From: Gemmatimonadaceae bacterium | GTDB taxonomy: Bacteria; Gemmatimonadota; Gemmatimonadetes; Gemmatimonadales; Gemmatimonadaceae | Direction of reading: 5' to 3' | Assembly (NCBI GenBank): GCA_019745365.1 | Contig: JAIETI010000018.1 | Location: 4,811-68,810, forward strand | DNA length: 64,000 bases | Part shown: one piece after another, positions 1-13,349 of the stretch | How the letters are laid out: every line of letters begins with the position of its first letter | Numbering within the stretch: the first letter of the stretch is position 1 | Notes under the pieces: generated by a model | The model's database searches: none | What the model was told of the DNA's origin: nothing | The model's input: only the letters and a program-made list of their open reading frames with translations | Position numbers and translations under genes: made by a program

Positions 1-73
1 GGAAGGAAAGACGGTGATGTTCGTCGCCTTCGGCGCGGGCTTCACCTGGGGCTCGATGATCCACCGGTTCTAG
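1..73 (+). CDS. fabH: 3-oxoacyl-ACP synthase III (KAS III), C-terminal fragment
   Basis: Frame 2 reads ...GKTVMFVAFGAGFTWGSMIHRF*, the conserved GAGFTWG C-terminus of FabH. It lies directly upstream of fabD. Confidence 0.6.
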   Translation, partial: EGKTVMFVAFGAGFTWGSMIHRF

Positions 74-76
74 CCG

Positions 77-1009
77 ATGCGCTTTCTCCTCCTGTTCCCC
101 GGGCAGGGATCGCAGCGGCCGGGGATGGCCAAGGATCTCGCGGAGGCGTTCCCGGAGGCGGCGGACGTCTTTGCGCGCGCCGACGCCGCGCTGGGCACTG
201 CGCTTTCGACGCTCTGCTTCGAGGGGCCGGCGGACGAGCTCACGCTGACGCATAACGCGCAGCCGGCGCTCCTCGCGCATGGCGCGGCGGTGTGGGCGAC
301 CGTGGGGCCCGCGATGGCGGGGCGGGTCGCGGCAGCGGCAGGACATTCGCTCGGGGAGTTCACGGCGTGGCACGCGGCCGGCGGGCTCGCGCTCGAGGAT
401 GCGCTGCGGCTGGTGCGCCGCCGTGGCGAGCTCATGCTCCAGACGGGGACCGAACGTTCGGGCGCGATGGCCGCGATCCTCGGTGAACTGCAACGCCCGA
501 TCACGGAGATCTGTGCAGAGGCGAGCACGAGCGGACTCGTCGTCCTGGCGAACTACAACGCGGTGGAGCAGATCGTGATCTCTGGCGAGGTCGCCGGGGT
601 GGAGGCGGGGATGGCGCTCGCGAAGGCGGCCGGCGCCAAGCGCGCGGTGCGCCTCCCGGTGTCGGGCGCGTTCCATTCGCCGCTGATGGCGCCTGCGGCC
701 GAGGGATTGCGCGCGGCGCTCGCCGGCACGACCTGGGGGGCGCCGCAGTTCCCGGTCTTCTCGAACGTGACCACCGATGCCGTGTCGGACACCGCCGTCG
801 CCGCGGGGCTGCTCCTTGAGCAGCTGACGTCGCCGGTGCGCTGGGTCGAACAGGTGCGTGCGATGGCGGCTGCGCATCCGGGGGCCACCTTCGTCGAGAT
901 GGGGCCGGGGAACGTGCTCACGGGGCTCGTGAAGCGCCTCGCGCCGGATCATGCGACGATGACCTGCGGGACCGCCGACGACGTGCGCGCGCTCCTCGCT
1001 CTCCTCTGA
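77..1009 (+). CDS. fabD: malonyl-CoA:ACP transacylase
   Basis: 310 aa with FPGQGSQ near the N-terminus, the GHSLGE active-site serine motif and the VSGAFHS motif. Sits in the fab operon. Confidence 0.95.
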   Translation: MRFLLLFPGQGSQRPGMAKDLAEAFPEAADVFARADAALGTALSTLCFEGPADELTLTHNAQPALLAHGAAVWATVGPAMAGRVAAAAGHSLGEFTAWHAAGGLALEDALRLVRRRGELMLQTGTERSGAMAAILGELQRPITEICAEASTSGLVVLANYNAVEQIVISGEVAGVEAGMALAKAAGAKRAVRLPVSGAFHSPLMAPAAEGLRAALAGTTWGAPQFPVFSNVTTDAVSDTAVAAGLLLEQLTSPVRWVEQVRAMAAAHPGATFVEMGPGNVLTGLVKRLAPDHATMTCGTADDVRALLALL

Positions 1010-1028
1010 CCTCCACGCTCTCGCTCTG

Positions 1029-1766
<738 letters not shown>

Positions 1767-1838
1767 CAGGGGCGCGCCAGCGCGCCAGCCAACTATATTT
1801 GGACAGCCGTTTTCCACCCCCCTCTGAGGACGACCGCA

Positions 1839-2078
1839 ATGGCCGGACACGCCGATAAGGTGAAGGACATCATCGAGAAGGAGCTCGGAGTCGAGCGCGA
1901 CAAGATGACCGATGGCGCGAGCTTCATCGACGACCTGGGCGCGGACTCGCTCGACATCGTCGAGCTCGTGATGGAGTTCGAGAAGGAGTTCAACATCGAC
2001 ATCCCCGATGAGGATGCCGAGAAGCTCCGCACGGTCGGCGACGCGATCGCGTATCTGAACAGCAAGCTCGGCGGCTGA
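1839..2078 (+). CDS. acpP: acyl carrier protein
   Basis: 79 aa with the [16 protein letters not shown] phosphopantetheine attachment motif. Confidence 0.97.
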   Translation: MAGHADKVKDIIEKELGVERDKMTDGASFIDDLGADSLDIVELVMEFEKEFNIDIPDEDAEKLRTVGDAIAYLNSKLGG

Positions 2079-2080
2079 GC

Positions 2081-3322
2081 GTGCGTCGTCGGGTCGTCAT
2101 CACGGGGCTCGGCGCCGTCACCCCCATCGGCAACGATGTGGGGTCGGCGTGGGAGGCGCTGCTCGCCGGTACGTCGGGCGGGGCGCCGATCACGCACTTC
2201 GACGCCACCAACTTCAAGGTGAAGTTCGCCTGTGAGTTGAAGGGCTTCGATGTGACGCAGTACATGGATCGCAAGGAGGCGAAGCGGTCGGATCTGTACA
2301 CCCAGTACGCGATGGCGGCCTCGGTACAGGCGATGGCCGACGCCGGGTTGGCCTCGGGCGGCTACGACCCGAACGCGACCGGCGTGGTGATCGGGAGCGG
2401 GATCGGGGGGATCAACACCTTCGAGGAGCAGCACTCCAACCTCGTGAGCGTGGGTCCGAACCGGATCTCGCCCTTCTTCGTCCCGATGTTCATCGGCGAC
2501 ATCGCCGCGGGGGTCGTCTCGATGCGCTTCGGCGCGAAGGGGCCGAACTACGCCACGCAGTCGGCCTGCGCGACGAGCGGCCATGCGATCGGCGATGCCT
2601 TCCGCATGATCCAGTACGGCGACGCCGACGTCATGATCGCGGGCGGTTCCGAGGCAGCGGTGTGCCAGATGGCGATCGGTGGCTTCGCGAACATGCAGGC
2701 GCTCTCGGAGCGGAATGACTCGCCGGAGACCGCGTCGCGTCCGTTCGATGCGACCCGCGATGGCTTCGTGCTGGGCGAGGGCGCCGGTGTTGTGGTGCTG
2801 GAGACGCTGGAGCATGCGCAGGCACGCGGGGCTCGGATCTACGCCGAGCTCGTGGGCTACGGCGCCACCGGCGATGCGTATCACCTGACCGGGCAACCCG
2901 CCGATCATGAAGGACTGCAGCGCGCCATGCGGCGTGCGCTCCAGGATGGCGGGCTCGCGCCGAGCGACATCCAGTACGTCAATGCGCACGGCACGTCGAC
3001 GCCGCTCAACGATCCGAACGAGATTCATGCGATCAAGACGGTGTTCGGCAAGGATGCCACCGCCCTGAACGTGAGCTCCACCAAGAGCGCCACGGGGCAC
3101 ATGCTGGGCGCGGCGGGCGGCGTGGAGTTGATCTTCACGACGCTCGCGATGCAGCATTCGATCATCCCGCCGACGATCAACCTGCACTCGCCGGACCCGG
3201 AGTGCGATCTCGACTGCACCGCGCTGACGCCGGTGAAGCGAGAGGTGCGGGCGGCGATCTCGAACTCCTCCGGATTCGGCGGGCACAACGTCAGCATCGC
3301 CGTCACGCGCTTCAGCGCGTAG
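2081..3322 (+). CDS. fabF: 3-oxoacyl-ACP synthase II
   Basis: 413 aa with the ACATS active-site Cys, NAHGTSTP, and the GHNVS C-terminal motif. GTG start 2 nt after the acpP stop. Confidence 0.95.
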   Translation: MRRRVVITGLGAVTPIGNDVGSAWEALLAGTSGGAPITHFDATNFKVKFACELKGFDVTQYMDRKEAKRSDLYTQYAMAASVQAMADAGLASGGYDPNATGVVIGSGIGGINTFEEQHSNLVSVGPNRISPFFVPMFIGDIAAGVVSMRFGAKGPNYATQSACATSGHAIGDAFRMIQYGDADVMIAGGSEAAVCQMAIGGFANMQALSERNDSPETASRPFDATRDGFVLGEGAGVVVLETLEHAQARGARIYAELVGYGATGDAYHLTGQPADHEGLQRAMRRALQDGGLAPSDIQYVNAHGTSTPLNDPNEIHAIKTVFGKDATALNVSSTKSATGHMLGAAGGVELIFTTLAMQHSIIPPTINLHSPDPECDLDCTALTPVKREVRAAISNSSGFGGHNVSIAVTRFSA

Positions 3323-3334
3323 CGGGCAGCCGGC

Positions 3335-4510
3335 GTGGCACCGCAGCTCGATGTAGATCGAACCCGGATCGCCGATCCGGTGGTGCGGGCGATCGCGGAC
3401 AAAGTGGTGGCCGGGGTGCGGCTCGACCGCGCCGACGGACTCGCGCTCTTCCGTTCGAACGATCTCACGGGGATCGGCCTGCTCGCCGACGCGGTGAACC
3501 GCGCGCGCCACGGGCGCGTCGTCACCTTCGCGGCGAACCAGCACATCAATCCGACGAACGTCTGCGTGCTCCGGAAGACCTGCGTCTTCTGTGGATATGC
3601 GCGACTCCCAAAGGAAGCCGGCGCGTATCGGTATACGCTCGATCAGGTGCTCGCCGAGGCGGCGCACGCGGCGGACGGCCTCACGAAGGAGTTCCACATC
3701 GTGGGCGGCCTCGATATGCAGGCGGGGCTCGAGTACTACACGACGATGTTCCGCGCGCTCAAGGCGAACTTCCCGCACGTGCACATCAAGGCGCTGACCG
3801 CCGTCGAGATCGCGCATCTCGCGCGGATCGAGAAGATGAGCTGGCGCGACGTGCTGATCGCGCTCCGCGAGGCCGGGCTCGATACGATGCCGGGCGGCGG
3901 CGCGGAGACCTTCAGCGCCGCCGTGCGCGAGACCATCGCCAACAAGAAGCTCGCGGGCGCGGACTACATCGGCGTCCATCGGACCGCGCACGAGCTGGGG
4001 ATCCGCTCGAACTGCACGATGCTCTACGGGCATGTGGAGACGCTCGAGGATCGGATGGAGCACTTCGAGATGCTTCGCACGCTGCAGGACGAGACCGGAG
4101 GATTCCTCGCGTTCATCCCCCTCGCGTACCATCCCGACGACAACGCGCTGGGTGAGACGCTCGGTCGACAGGGGACCGCCACGAGCGGGGTGGATGACCT
4201 GAAGATGCTCGCGGTGGGGCGTCTCTTCCTCCACAACTTCGCGCATATCAAGACCCACTGGATCATGGTCACCACCGCGCTCTCGCAGATCGCGTTGAGC
4301 TACGGCGTGAATGACCTGGAAGGGACGGTGGTCCGCGAGAAGATCTACCATGCGGTCGGGGCGCACACGGCGCAGGCGATGTCGCTCGACGAGATCCTCA
4401 AGTTGATCCGCGGCGCAGGACGCGTTCCCGCCGAGCGTGATTCGTTCTATCAGGTGCTGCGGCGGTTCGATGACGCCCCTGTGCCCACCCCGGAGCCGGT
4501 GGGCGCGTGA
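3335..4510 (+). CDS. MqnE/MqnC-family radical SAM enzyme (futalosine menaquinone pathway); E versus C not resolved
   Basis: 391 aa with CofH/MqnE/MqnC-like layout (HINPTNVC...C..C, GGLD, PGGGAE, NCTMLYGH). Adjacent to an mqnA-like gene. The Cys triad is CX5CX2C, not canonical. Confidence 0.72.
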   Translation: MAPQLDVDRTRIADPVVRAIADKVVAGVRLDRADGLALFRSNDLTGIGLLADAVNRARHGRVVTFAANQHINPTNVCVLRKTCVFCGYARLPKEAGAYRYTLDQVLAEAAHAADGLTKEFHIVGGLDMQAGLEYYTTMFRALKANFPHVHIKALTAVEIAHLARIEKMSWRDVLIALREAGLDTMPGGGAETFSAAVRETIANKKLAGADYIGVHRTAHELGIRSNCTMLYGHVETLEDRMEHFEMLRTLQDETGGFLAFIPLAYHPDDNALGETLGRQGTATSGVDDLKMLAVGRLFLHNFAHIKTHWIMVTTALSQIALSYGVNDLEGTVVREKIYHAVGAHTAQAMSLDEILKLIRGAGRVPAERDSFYQVLRRFDDAPVPTPEPVGA

Positions 4511-5355
4511 TGCGCGTCGGTCGCATCCCGTATGTGAACTGCGCGCCGGTGTACGGCGCCATCGATCGGGGTGTGGTACCGCTGGCGGGGACCTTGGTGG
4601 ATGGCGTGCCGAGCGCGTTGAATCAGGCCATCGCCGGCGGGACGCTCGACGTCAGTGTGGTGAGCGCGGTGGAGTACGCGCGCGACCACGCGCGATACCT
4701 CCTCCTCCCCGACCTCGCGATCAGCTGCGACGGGGCGGTGAAGAGCGTGATGCTCTTCAGCACGCGTCCCGCGGAGTCGCTCGATGGGGAGCGCGTCCTG
4801 GTGAGTCGCTCGTCGATGACGAGCGTGGCGCTCCTCGAGCTGCTCTTCGAGCACGTGTGGCGCGCGCGGCCGGTGTTCGTCCCGGGCGACGCCGAGGCCG
4901 CGGATCTCGCGCAGGATGCCGAGCCCTGTGCGGCGCGGCTGGTGATCGGTGATGCGGCATTGATGCTCCGGCACCCGACGCACCCCGTTGCCGTCGCGCA
5001 TGGGCGGGCGTATCCGCATGTGTACGATCTCGGGAGCGAGTGGAAGGCGTGGACCGGACTGCCGTTCGTCTTCGCGGTCTGGGTCGCGCGGCGGGACATC
5101 CCGGTCGCCGATGCGCTCCGCGTGCACGGTGCCCTGATCGAGAGTCGTGACTGGGGACTGGCGCACATCGACACGCTCGCCGCTGACGCCGCGACGTCGT
5201 GCGGACTCCCCGCCAGGGTGCTCGCTGACTATCTCTCAGGTCTCGACTATCGGCTCGGCCTCCCGTACCTCGAGGGGCTGACCACCTTCTTTCGTCGTTT
5301 GGAGCTCGCCGGGCGAGTGCCGGCCGGGCGCCTCGAGTTCCTCCCCGCGGCCTGA
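4507..5355 (+). CDS. mqnA: MqnA-like chorismate dehydratase (menaquinone via futalosine)
   Basis: 282 aa. The N-terminus (M)RVGRIPYVNCAPVY is typical of the MqnA periplasmic-binding-protein-like fold. It is sandwiched between two Mqn radical SAM genes with a 4-nt stop/start overlap. Confidence 0.7.
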   Translation: MMRVGRIPYVNCAPVYGAIDRGVVPLAGTLVDGVPSALNQAIAGGTLDVSVVSAVEYARDHARYLLLPDLAISCDGAVKSVMLFSTRPAESLDGERVLVSRSSMTSVALLELLFEHVWRARPVFVPGDAEAADLAQDAEPCAARLVIGDAALMLRHPTHPVAVAHGRAYPHVYDLGSEWKAWTGLPFVFAVWVARRDIPVADALRVHGALIESRDWGLAHIDTLAADAATSCGLPARVLADYLSGLDYRLGLPYLEGLTTFFRRLELAGRVPAGRLEFLPAA

Positions 5356-5384
5356 GTGCCGCGACACCCTTCTCTCGTCTGCCG

Positions 5385-6440
5385 ATGTCTGCGTACACCA
5401 GCACTGCCGAAGCCAAGGAACTCCTCCACTGGTATCAGCATGCGCCGCTCCTCGAGTTGGGTAGCGCCGCGGACGCGATCCGACGTCAGCTGCATCCCGA
5501 GGGGATCGTCACCTATATCGTCGATCGGAACATCAACTACACGAACGTCTGCGTCGCGGATTGTGGGTTCTGCGCGTTCTATCGCCGCCCCAAAGACGGC
5601 GAGGGCTACACCCTGAGCTATGAGCAGATCGGGGCGAAGATCGACGAGGTGAAGGCGCTCGGGGGGGTGCAGATCCTGATCCAGGGTGGGCACAACCCGT
5701 ACATCCCGTTCGAGTGGTATCTCGAGCTGATCCGCTACATCAAGCGGCATCATCCGATCCACATCCACGGCTTCTCGCCGAGTGAAGTGGACTTCTGGTC
5801 CACGCTCTATCGGATGGAAGCACGTGAGGTGATCCAGGCGCTCGTCTCGGCGGGGCTCGATTCGATCCCCGGCGGTGGCGGTGAGATCCTCGTGCAGCGT
5901 GTGCGCGACATCGCGGCGAAGAAGAAGGCGAGTGCGGACCGGTGGCTCGAGGTGATGGAGATCGCGCACCAAGAGGGGCTCAAGACGTCGTGCACGATGA
6001 TGTATGGGCTCGGGGAGACGTTGGAAGAACGCCTTGAGCATCTGCTCCGGTTGCGCGAAGTGCAGGCCCGCACCGGCGGATTCACGGCGTTCATCTGCTG
6101 GCCGCTGCAGCCGGAGAACACGCCGGAGTTCTCGCACTTGCCCAAGACGGATGCGGTCGAGTACCTACGCACGACCGCGTTCGCGCGCACCGTGCTCGAC
6201 AACATCCCGAACATCCAGGCGAGCTGGGTGACGATGGGGATGAAGGTCGGGCAGACGGCGCTGCACTATGGCTGCAACGACTTCGGCTCGCTGATGCTCG
6301 AGGAGAACGTCGTGAGCGCGGCGAACACCACCTATCGCACCACGACGGACGAGATGGAACGACTGATCCGCGAAGCGGGGTTCACGCCGCATCGCCGCCG
6401 CCAGAATTACGAGTTGATCGCCGCGACCGCCGCGGCCTGA
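5385..6440 (+). CDS. MqnC/MqnE-family radical SAM enzyme
   Basis: 351 aa with the canonical NINYTNVCVADCGFCAFY (CX3CX2C) motif, plus PGGGGE and SCTMMYG. Confidence 0.78.
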   Translation: MSAYTSTAEAKELLHWYQHAPLLELGSAADAIRRQLHPEGIVTYIVDRNINYTNVCVADCGFCAFYRRPKDGEGYTLSYEQIGAKIDEVKALGGVQILIQGGHNPYIPFEWYLELIRYIKRHHPIHIHGFSPSEVDFWSTLYRMEAREVIQALVSAGLDSIPGGGGEILVQRVRDIAAKKKASADRWLEVMEIAHQEGLKTSCTMMYGLGETLEERLEHLLRLREVQARTGGFTAFICWPLQPENTPEFSHLPKTDAVEYLRTTAFARTVLDNIPNIQASWVTMGMKVGQTALHYGCNDFGSLMLEENVVSAANTTYRTTTDEMERLIREAGFTPHRRRQNYELIAATAAA

Positions 6441-6442
6441 CC

Positions 6443-6931
6443 GTGAGTATCCGCGTCGGCATCGGCTACGACTCCCATCGCTTCGTTCCCGGCGATGGGG
6501 TGCTGTTGGGTGGCGTGACGATCCCGGCCCCTGTGCGGTGCACCGGTCACAGCGATGCGGACGCGGTCGCGCACGCCGTGACCGATGCGATCCTGGGTGG
6601 CGCCGGCCTCGGAGATATCGGCGAGATGTTCCCCGATACAGCGGCCGAGAACAAGGGACGCGACTCGATGGCGATGCTCGCGCTCGCGGTGGCCCGCTGC
6701 GCGGCGGCAGGATGGTACCCACAGCAGGTCGATGTCACCGTCATCTGTGAATCGCCGAAGATCGGCCCGCATCGCAGCGCGATCCGTCAGCGCCTCGCGG
6801 AGGTGCTCCGTGTGAATGCGGATGCGACGATGGTGAAGGGAAAGACCAACGAGGGGATGGGGTGGATCGGCCGCGGTGAGGGGGTGGCGGTGATCGCCGT
6901 CGCGACGCTCGCTGAGGGGCCGCGTTCGTGA
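6443..6931 (+). CDS. ispF: 2-C-methyl-D-erythritol 2,4-cyclodiphosphate synthase
   Basis: 162 aa with IGYDSHRF, GHSDADAVAHAVTDAILG and the DIGEMFPDT motifs. Confidence 0.95.
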   Translation: MSIRVGIGYDSHRFVPGDGVLLGGVTIPAPVRCTGHSDADAVAHAVTDAILGGAGLGDIGEMFPDTAAENKGRDSMAMLALAVARCAAAGWYPQQVDVTVICESPKIGPHRSAIRQRLAEVLRVNADATMVKGKTNEGMGWIGRGEGVAVIAVATLAEGPRS

Positions 6932-7545
6932 TGGATGCCGTCGCCACCTGGCTGGCATCGATCCCCATCGAAGCGCTGTACCTCGTCCTCGGCGTCGCGT
7001 CGGTCATCGAAAACATCTTCCCGCCGGTGCCGGCGGACGTGTTCGTGGCCCTCGGCTCGTTCTTGGCCGCGCAGCGCGGGGCGGCGCTGCTGCCGACGGT
7101 GGCGTCGATCGTCATCGGGAGCACTATCGGGGCGCTCATCGTGTACTTCATCGCGCGACGCCTCGGCGCAGAGTGGCTGCATGCGCGGCTGAAGAAGGCC
7201 GGGATGGCGGGGTACGAGGAGAAGCTCACCGTCGCGTACGGGAACTACGGGACGCTCGCGCTCTTCGTGAGTCGCTTCGTGCCGGGGATCCGTGCGCTGG
7301 TGACGCCGGTCGCCGGCGCATTGCGCGTCCCGGTCGGACGATTCTTCGTCGTGATCCTTGTCGCGTCGTCGGTGTGGTACGGCGTCATCGGTGGGCTCGC
7401 CTACAAGGTGGGCACGGATTGGGAGGATGTGCGGACGCGCATCACGCACCTCGGACGCACCGTCAGCTTGGTCGCGGCGCTCGTCGCGGTGCTGCTCGCG
7501 CTCGGGTTCGTGATGCTCCGCCGTCGTCGCCGTGGACGCGACTGA
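6928..7545 (+). CDS. DedA/SNARE-associated family inner-membrane protein
   Basis: 205 aa, polytopic. Contains the IENIFPPVPADV and SRFVPGIRALV motifs typical of DedA. Confidence 0.85.
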   Translation: MMDAVATWLASIPIEALYLVLGVASVIENIFPPVPADVFVALGSFLAAQRGAALLPTVASIVIGSTIGALIVYFIARRLGAEWLHARLKKAGMAGYEEKLTVAYGNYGTLALFVSRFVPGIRALVTPVAGALRVPVGRFFVVILVASSVWYGVIGGLAYKVGTDWEDVRTRITHLGRTVSLVAALVAVLLALGFVMLRRRRRGRD

Positions 7546-8443
7546 GCGCGCGCCGCGCGCCTTCCTGATCGAGCGATTCGGCGAGTTCCTCGCGCTGGAG
7601 CAGGGGAGCAGTCCTCGCACGCTTGAGGCATATGGGTCGGACGTACGCCGTTTGGCTGAATGGGCGGCGTTGCACAGCATCGGGGCGCCGGAAGGACTCA
7701 CCTCGCGGCAGCTGCGTGATTTTCTGTATCACCTCAGTGACCTCGGCCTCGCGCCCGCGAGCATCGCGCGGTCGCTCTCCGCACTGCGGACCTACTGGCG
7801 CTTCCTGCTCGCCGAAGGGGTGAGTCGTGCCGATCCGACGGAGAAGCTCGAGGCACCGAAGCGCGGGCGGACGCTTCCCGAGGTGCTCACCGTCGACGAG
7901 GTAGGGCGGATCCTCGGCGCGATCACGCTCGACGAGCCCTTGGTCCTCCGCGATCGCGCGATGTTGGAGCTCGCGTACGGCTGTGGGTTGCGCGTGAGCG
8001 AGTGGATCGGCGTGGGGGTGCAGGACCTCGCGCTCGACGAGGGCGTCGTGCGCATCTTCGGGAAAGGGGGGAGGGAGCGGTTGGTGCCGGTCGGGCGTAC
8101 GGCGATCGGTGCGCTCGCGATGTACCTGCGCGAACTCCGGCCTCGGCTGGAGCACGGTGCAGGGGCTGGCCGCCTGTTCCTGAACGCGCGCGGGCGCCCG
8201 CTCTCGCGGATGGGTGCGTGGCTCCTGCTGCGGAAGTACGTTGAAGCGTCCGGGGTCACGAAGCACGTGACCCCGCACACGCTCCGTCACAGCTTCGCCA
8301 CCCACCTGCTCGAAGGGGGCGCCGATCTGCGGGCGGTGCAGGAGATGCTCGGACATGCCGATATCTCTACCACACAGATCTACACTCACGTCGACCGCGA
8401 GTACCTGCGCAGCGTGCATCGACAGTTCCACCCCCGCGGATGA
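7532..8443 (+). CDS. xerD: tyrosine site-specific recombinase, XerD-like (XerC versus XerD uncertain)
   Basis: 303 aa with LRDRAMLELAYGCGLRVSE, GKGGRERLVP, HTLRHSFATHLLEGGADLRAVQEMLGHADISTTQIYTHV and the C-terminal FHPRG. Collinear with E. coli XerD as I recall it. Confidence 0.82.
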   Translation: MDATERAPRAFLIERFGEFLALEQGSSPRTLEAYGSDVRRLAEWAALHSIGAPEGLTSRQLRDFLYHLSDLGLAPASIARSLSALRTYWRFLLAEGVSRADPTEKLEAPKRGRTLPEVLTVDEVGRILGAITLDEPLVLRDRAMLELAYGCGLRVSEWIGVGVQDLALDEGVVRIFGKGGRERLVPVGRTAIGALAMYLRELRPRLEHGAGAGRLFLNARGRPLSRMGAWLLLRKYVEASGVTKHVTPHTLRHSFATHLLEGGADLRAVQEMLGHADISTTQIYTHVDREYLRSVHRQFHPRG

Positions 8444-10202
8444 GTCGCGGCGCGGCGACCGACGCCGAGCGCCGGCTGCTGACGCGCGTCGCGATCGGCG
8501 CGGCGATCGCGTCGGTGGCAGCGGCATTGGCGACGGTGGTGGAGCGCGGGGCCGGCGAGGGTTCGCTCCCACCGACGGTCCTCGCGATCCTGTCGCTCGG
8601 TTCGCCGCTCTCGCCACCGCTCGTCGCCATCGCGGCGTTCGCCGCGTCGCGCGGTGCGCGCTCCCTCGCGGGTCGCCGATTCTGGCGGCGAACGACGCGC
8701 GCGTTCCTGATGTTCGTGGTCAGTTGGGCGGCAGGGTGGGTGGGCGGGCGCGACGCGAGCGATTCGTGGCGCGTCGTGGCGGCTGATGCGGCGGGCCTCG
8801 CGTACTATCCGCTCGCGATGCTCGCCCTGCTCGGGATCCAACACGACCTGCGGGGAGCCGCCAAGTGGCGTGCGCTCACGGATGGGCTGCTCGTCTCGCT
8901 CTCGTTCGCGGCGAGTGCGTGGATCCTCCTTGCGGCGGAGAAGGCCTCGGCGCACTTCCACGTGCTGTCGAGCTACTACGACGTTCTCCTCCCACTCGCG
9001 ATCGCGCCGACCGTCTACGCCGGGGCGACGCTCGTGATCGTCCGGCCGCGGCCGGTCCTGTCAATGGGGACGTGGATCGGGGCCATCGCGATCACGTTCG
9101 CCGCACTCGAAGGACCGCTCGAGGGGCTCTTCGACGCGATCGGATCGGTCGGGATGTGGCAACTCGTCACGGTGACGACGGCGTGGGCGGCCGTGCTGGA
9201 GTTGATCGGGTGGCGAGAGGCGGGTGCGCCGAACGGTGCCGACGCTTCCCCCCGGCGCGGCTATTCGATCCTCCCGCTCTTCACGATCGGTGTCGCGACG
9301 ATCGCGGTGGCGTATTTCACGTTCATCCATGGGGCCAAGGACGAGGAGCTTCGCTTCGTGGTCGGCGTCTCCGTCGTCATCACGCTGCTCCTGATCACCC
9401 GCCAACTGCTCGCGCAGGAGGAGACGCTCGCTGCCGCGGCGCAGAGCGCGCGTCTTGCCGACAGACTGAGCGCGTCGGAGCGACTGGAGGGGCTCGGCCG
9501 TCTCGCGGGCGGGATCGCGCACGATTTCAACAACGTGTTGCAGGTGGTCATCAGCACCGCCGATGCGGCCGCGAGCGAGCCCGGCACCCCCGAGTTGGCA
9601 AAGCGCGATCTCGAGGAGATCCGGCAGCACGCGACCTTCGGTGCGGGGCTCGCCCGCAAACTGTTGATGTTCGCGCGCGGCTCACAGACGCCGGCGCAGA
9701 CGATGGACATCGGGAAGCAGGTCGAACTGGCGATCCCGCTGGTGCGCCGTCTCGTCGATGCCGTGGAGTTGAGCGTGGACCTGCCGCCGACGCCACTCGC
9801 CGTGCACGGGGATCCCACGACCGTGGAGCAGGTCCTTGTGAACTTGGTGGCGAATGCCCGTGACGCCACGGGCCCCGCCGGCCGCATCCGGATCGCGCTC
9901 ACCGAGGAGATCGGACGGCCACACATCCCCCTCCGCCCTGACGAATCCGTGGTCGGTGAGGTTCGCGATCTCCGCTATGCGGTCCTGAGCGTCACCGATT
10001 CGGGACCGGGGATCGCGAGCGATGTCCGCGAACGAATCTTCGAACCGTTCTTCACGACAAAAGGGAAGCAGAGTGGGACCGGGCTCGGGTTGGCGACCGT
10101 CTTCGGTCTGGCCAAGAGTGGTGGCGGATTCGTCCGCCTGAAGAGCGCACCGGGACAGGGTGCCACGTTCGCCGTCGCGCTGCCCCTCACCGACGGCTCC
10201 CG

Positions 10203-10206
<4 letters not shown>
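8440..10206 (+). CDS. membrane-bound sensor histidine kinase
   Basis: 588 aa. About 300 aa of multiple TM helices are followed by a coiled linker, an H-box (GGIAHDFNNVL), and N and G boxes (DSGPGI, GTGLGLA). No response regulator gene is adjacent. Confidence 0.85.
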
Positions 10207-10802
<596 letters not shown>

Positions 10803-10825
10803 TTCCTGCCTCTGGGAGGGCGGTT

Positions 10826-10854
10826 TTGCCTTCCGCTGCGTCGGGGCCTATACT
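10826..10854 (+). promoter_or_regulatory. sigma-70-like promoter upstream of kdsB (TTGCCT-17 nt-TATACT)
   Basis: TTGCCT at 10826-10831, an exact 17-nt spacer, then TATACT at 10849-10854. It sits in the only real intergenic gap (about 100 nt) ahead of the long kds-lpt-rpoN gene string. Confidence 0.45.
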
Positions 10855-10908
10855 TCGTGGCGTGGATTTTGCATACCGCGCCGCCCCCCTTTGCCGAGTT
10901 CGCCTGAC

Positions 10909-13348
<2,440 letters not shown>

Positions 13349-13349
<1 letters not shown>

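Noticed and set aside
1771-1786. GGCGCGC-ca-GCGCGCC palindrome between fabG and acpP, considered as a terminator or attenuator.
   Set aside because: A 2-nt loop is sterically implausible and the effective stem is short. There is no U-tract. GC palindromes of this size are expected by chance in DNA this GC-rich.
1793-4366. 857-aa ORF on the - strand, the longest in the left arm.
   Set aside because: It runs antisense across acpP, fabF and an mqn gene, all of which have unmistakable motifs. Its translation is Arg/His/Gly/Pro-rich low-complexity sequence, typical of stop-poor shadow frames in high-GC DNA. The same reasoning applies to 918-1850 (-), 43056-45089 (+), 58177-59850 (+), 61233-62363 (+), 48383-49678 (+) and the many similar antisense ORFs in the track.
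7532-8443. The tyrosine recombinase considered as an integrase marking a mobile element or genomic island.
   Set aside because: It is collinear with housekeeping XerD/XerC and sits inside an overlapping string of core genes (ispF-dedA-xerD-kinase). It has no flanking repeats, tRNA or cargo genes.
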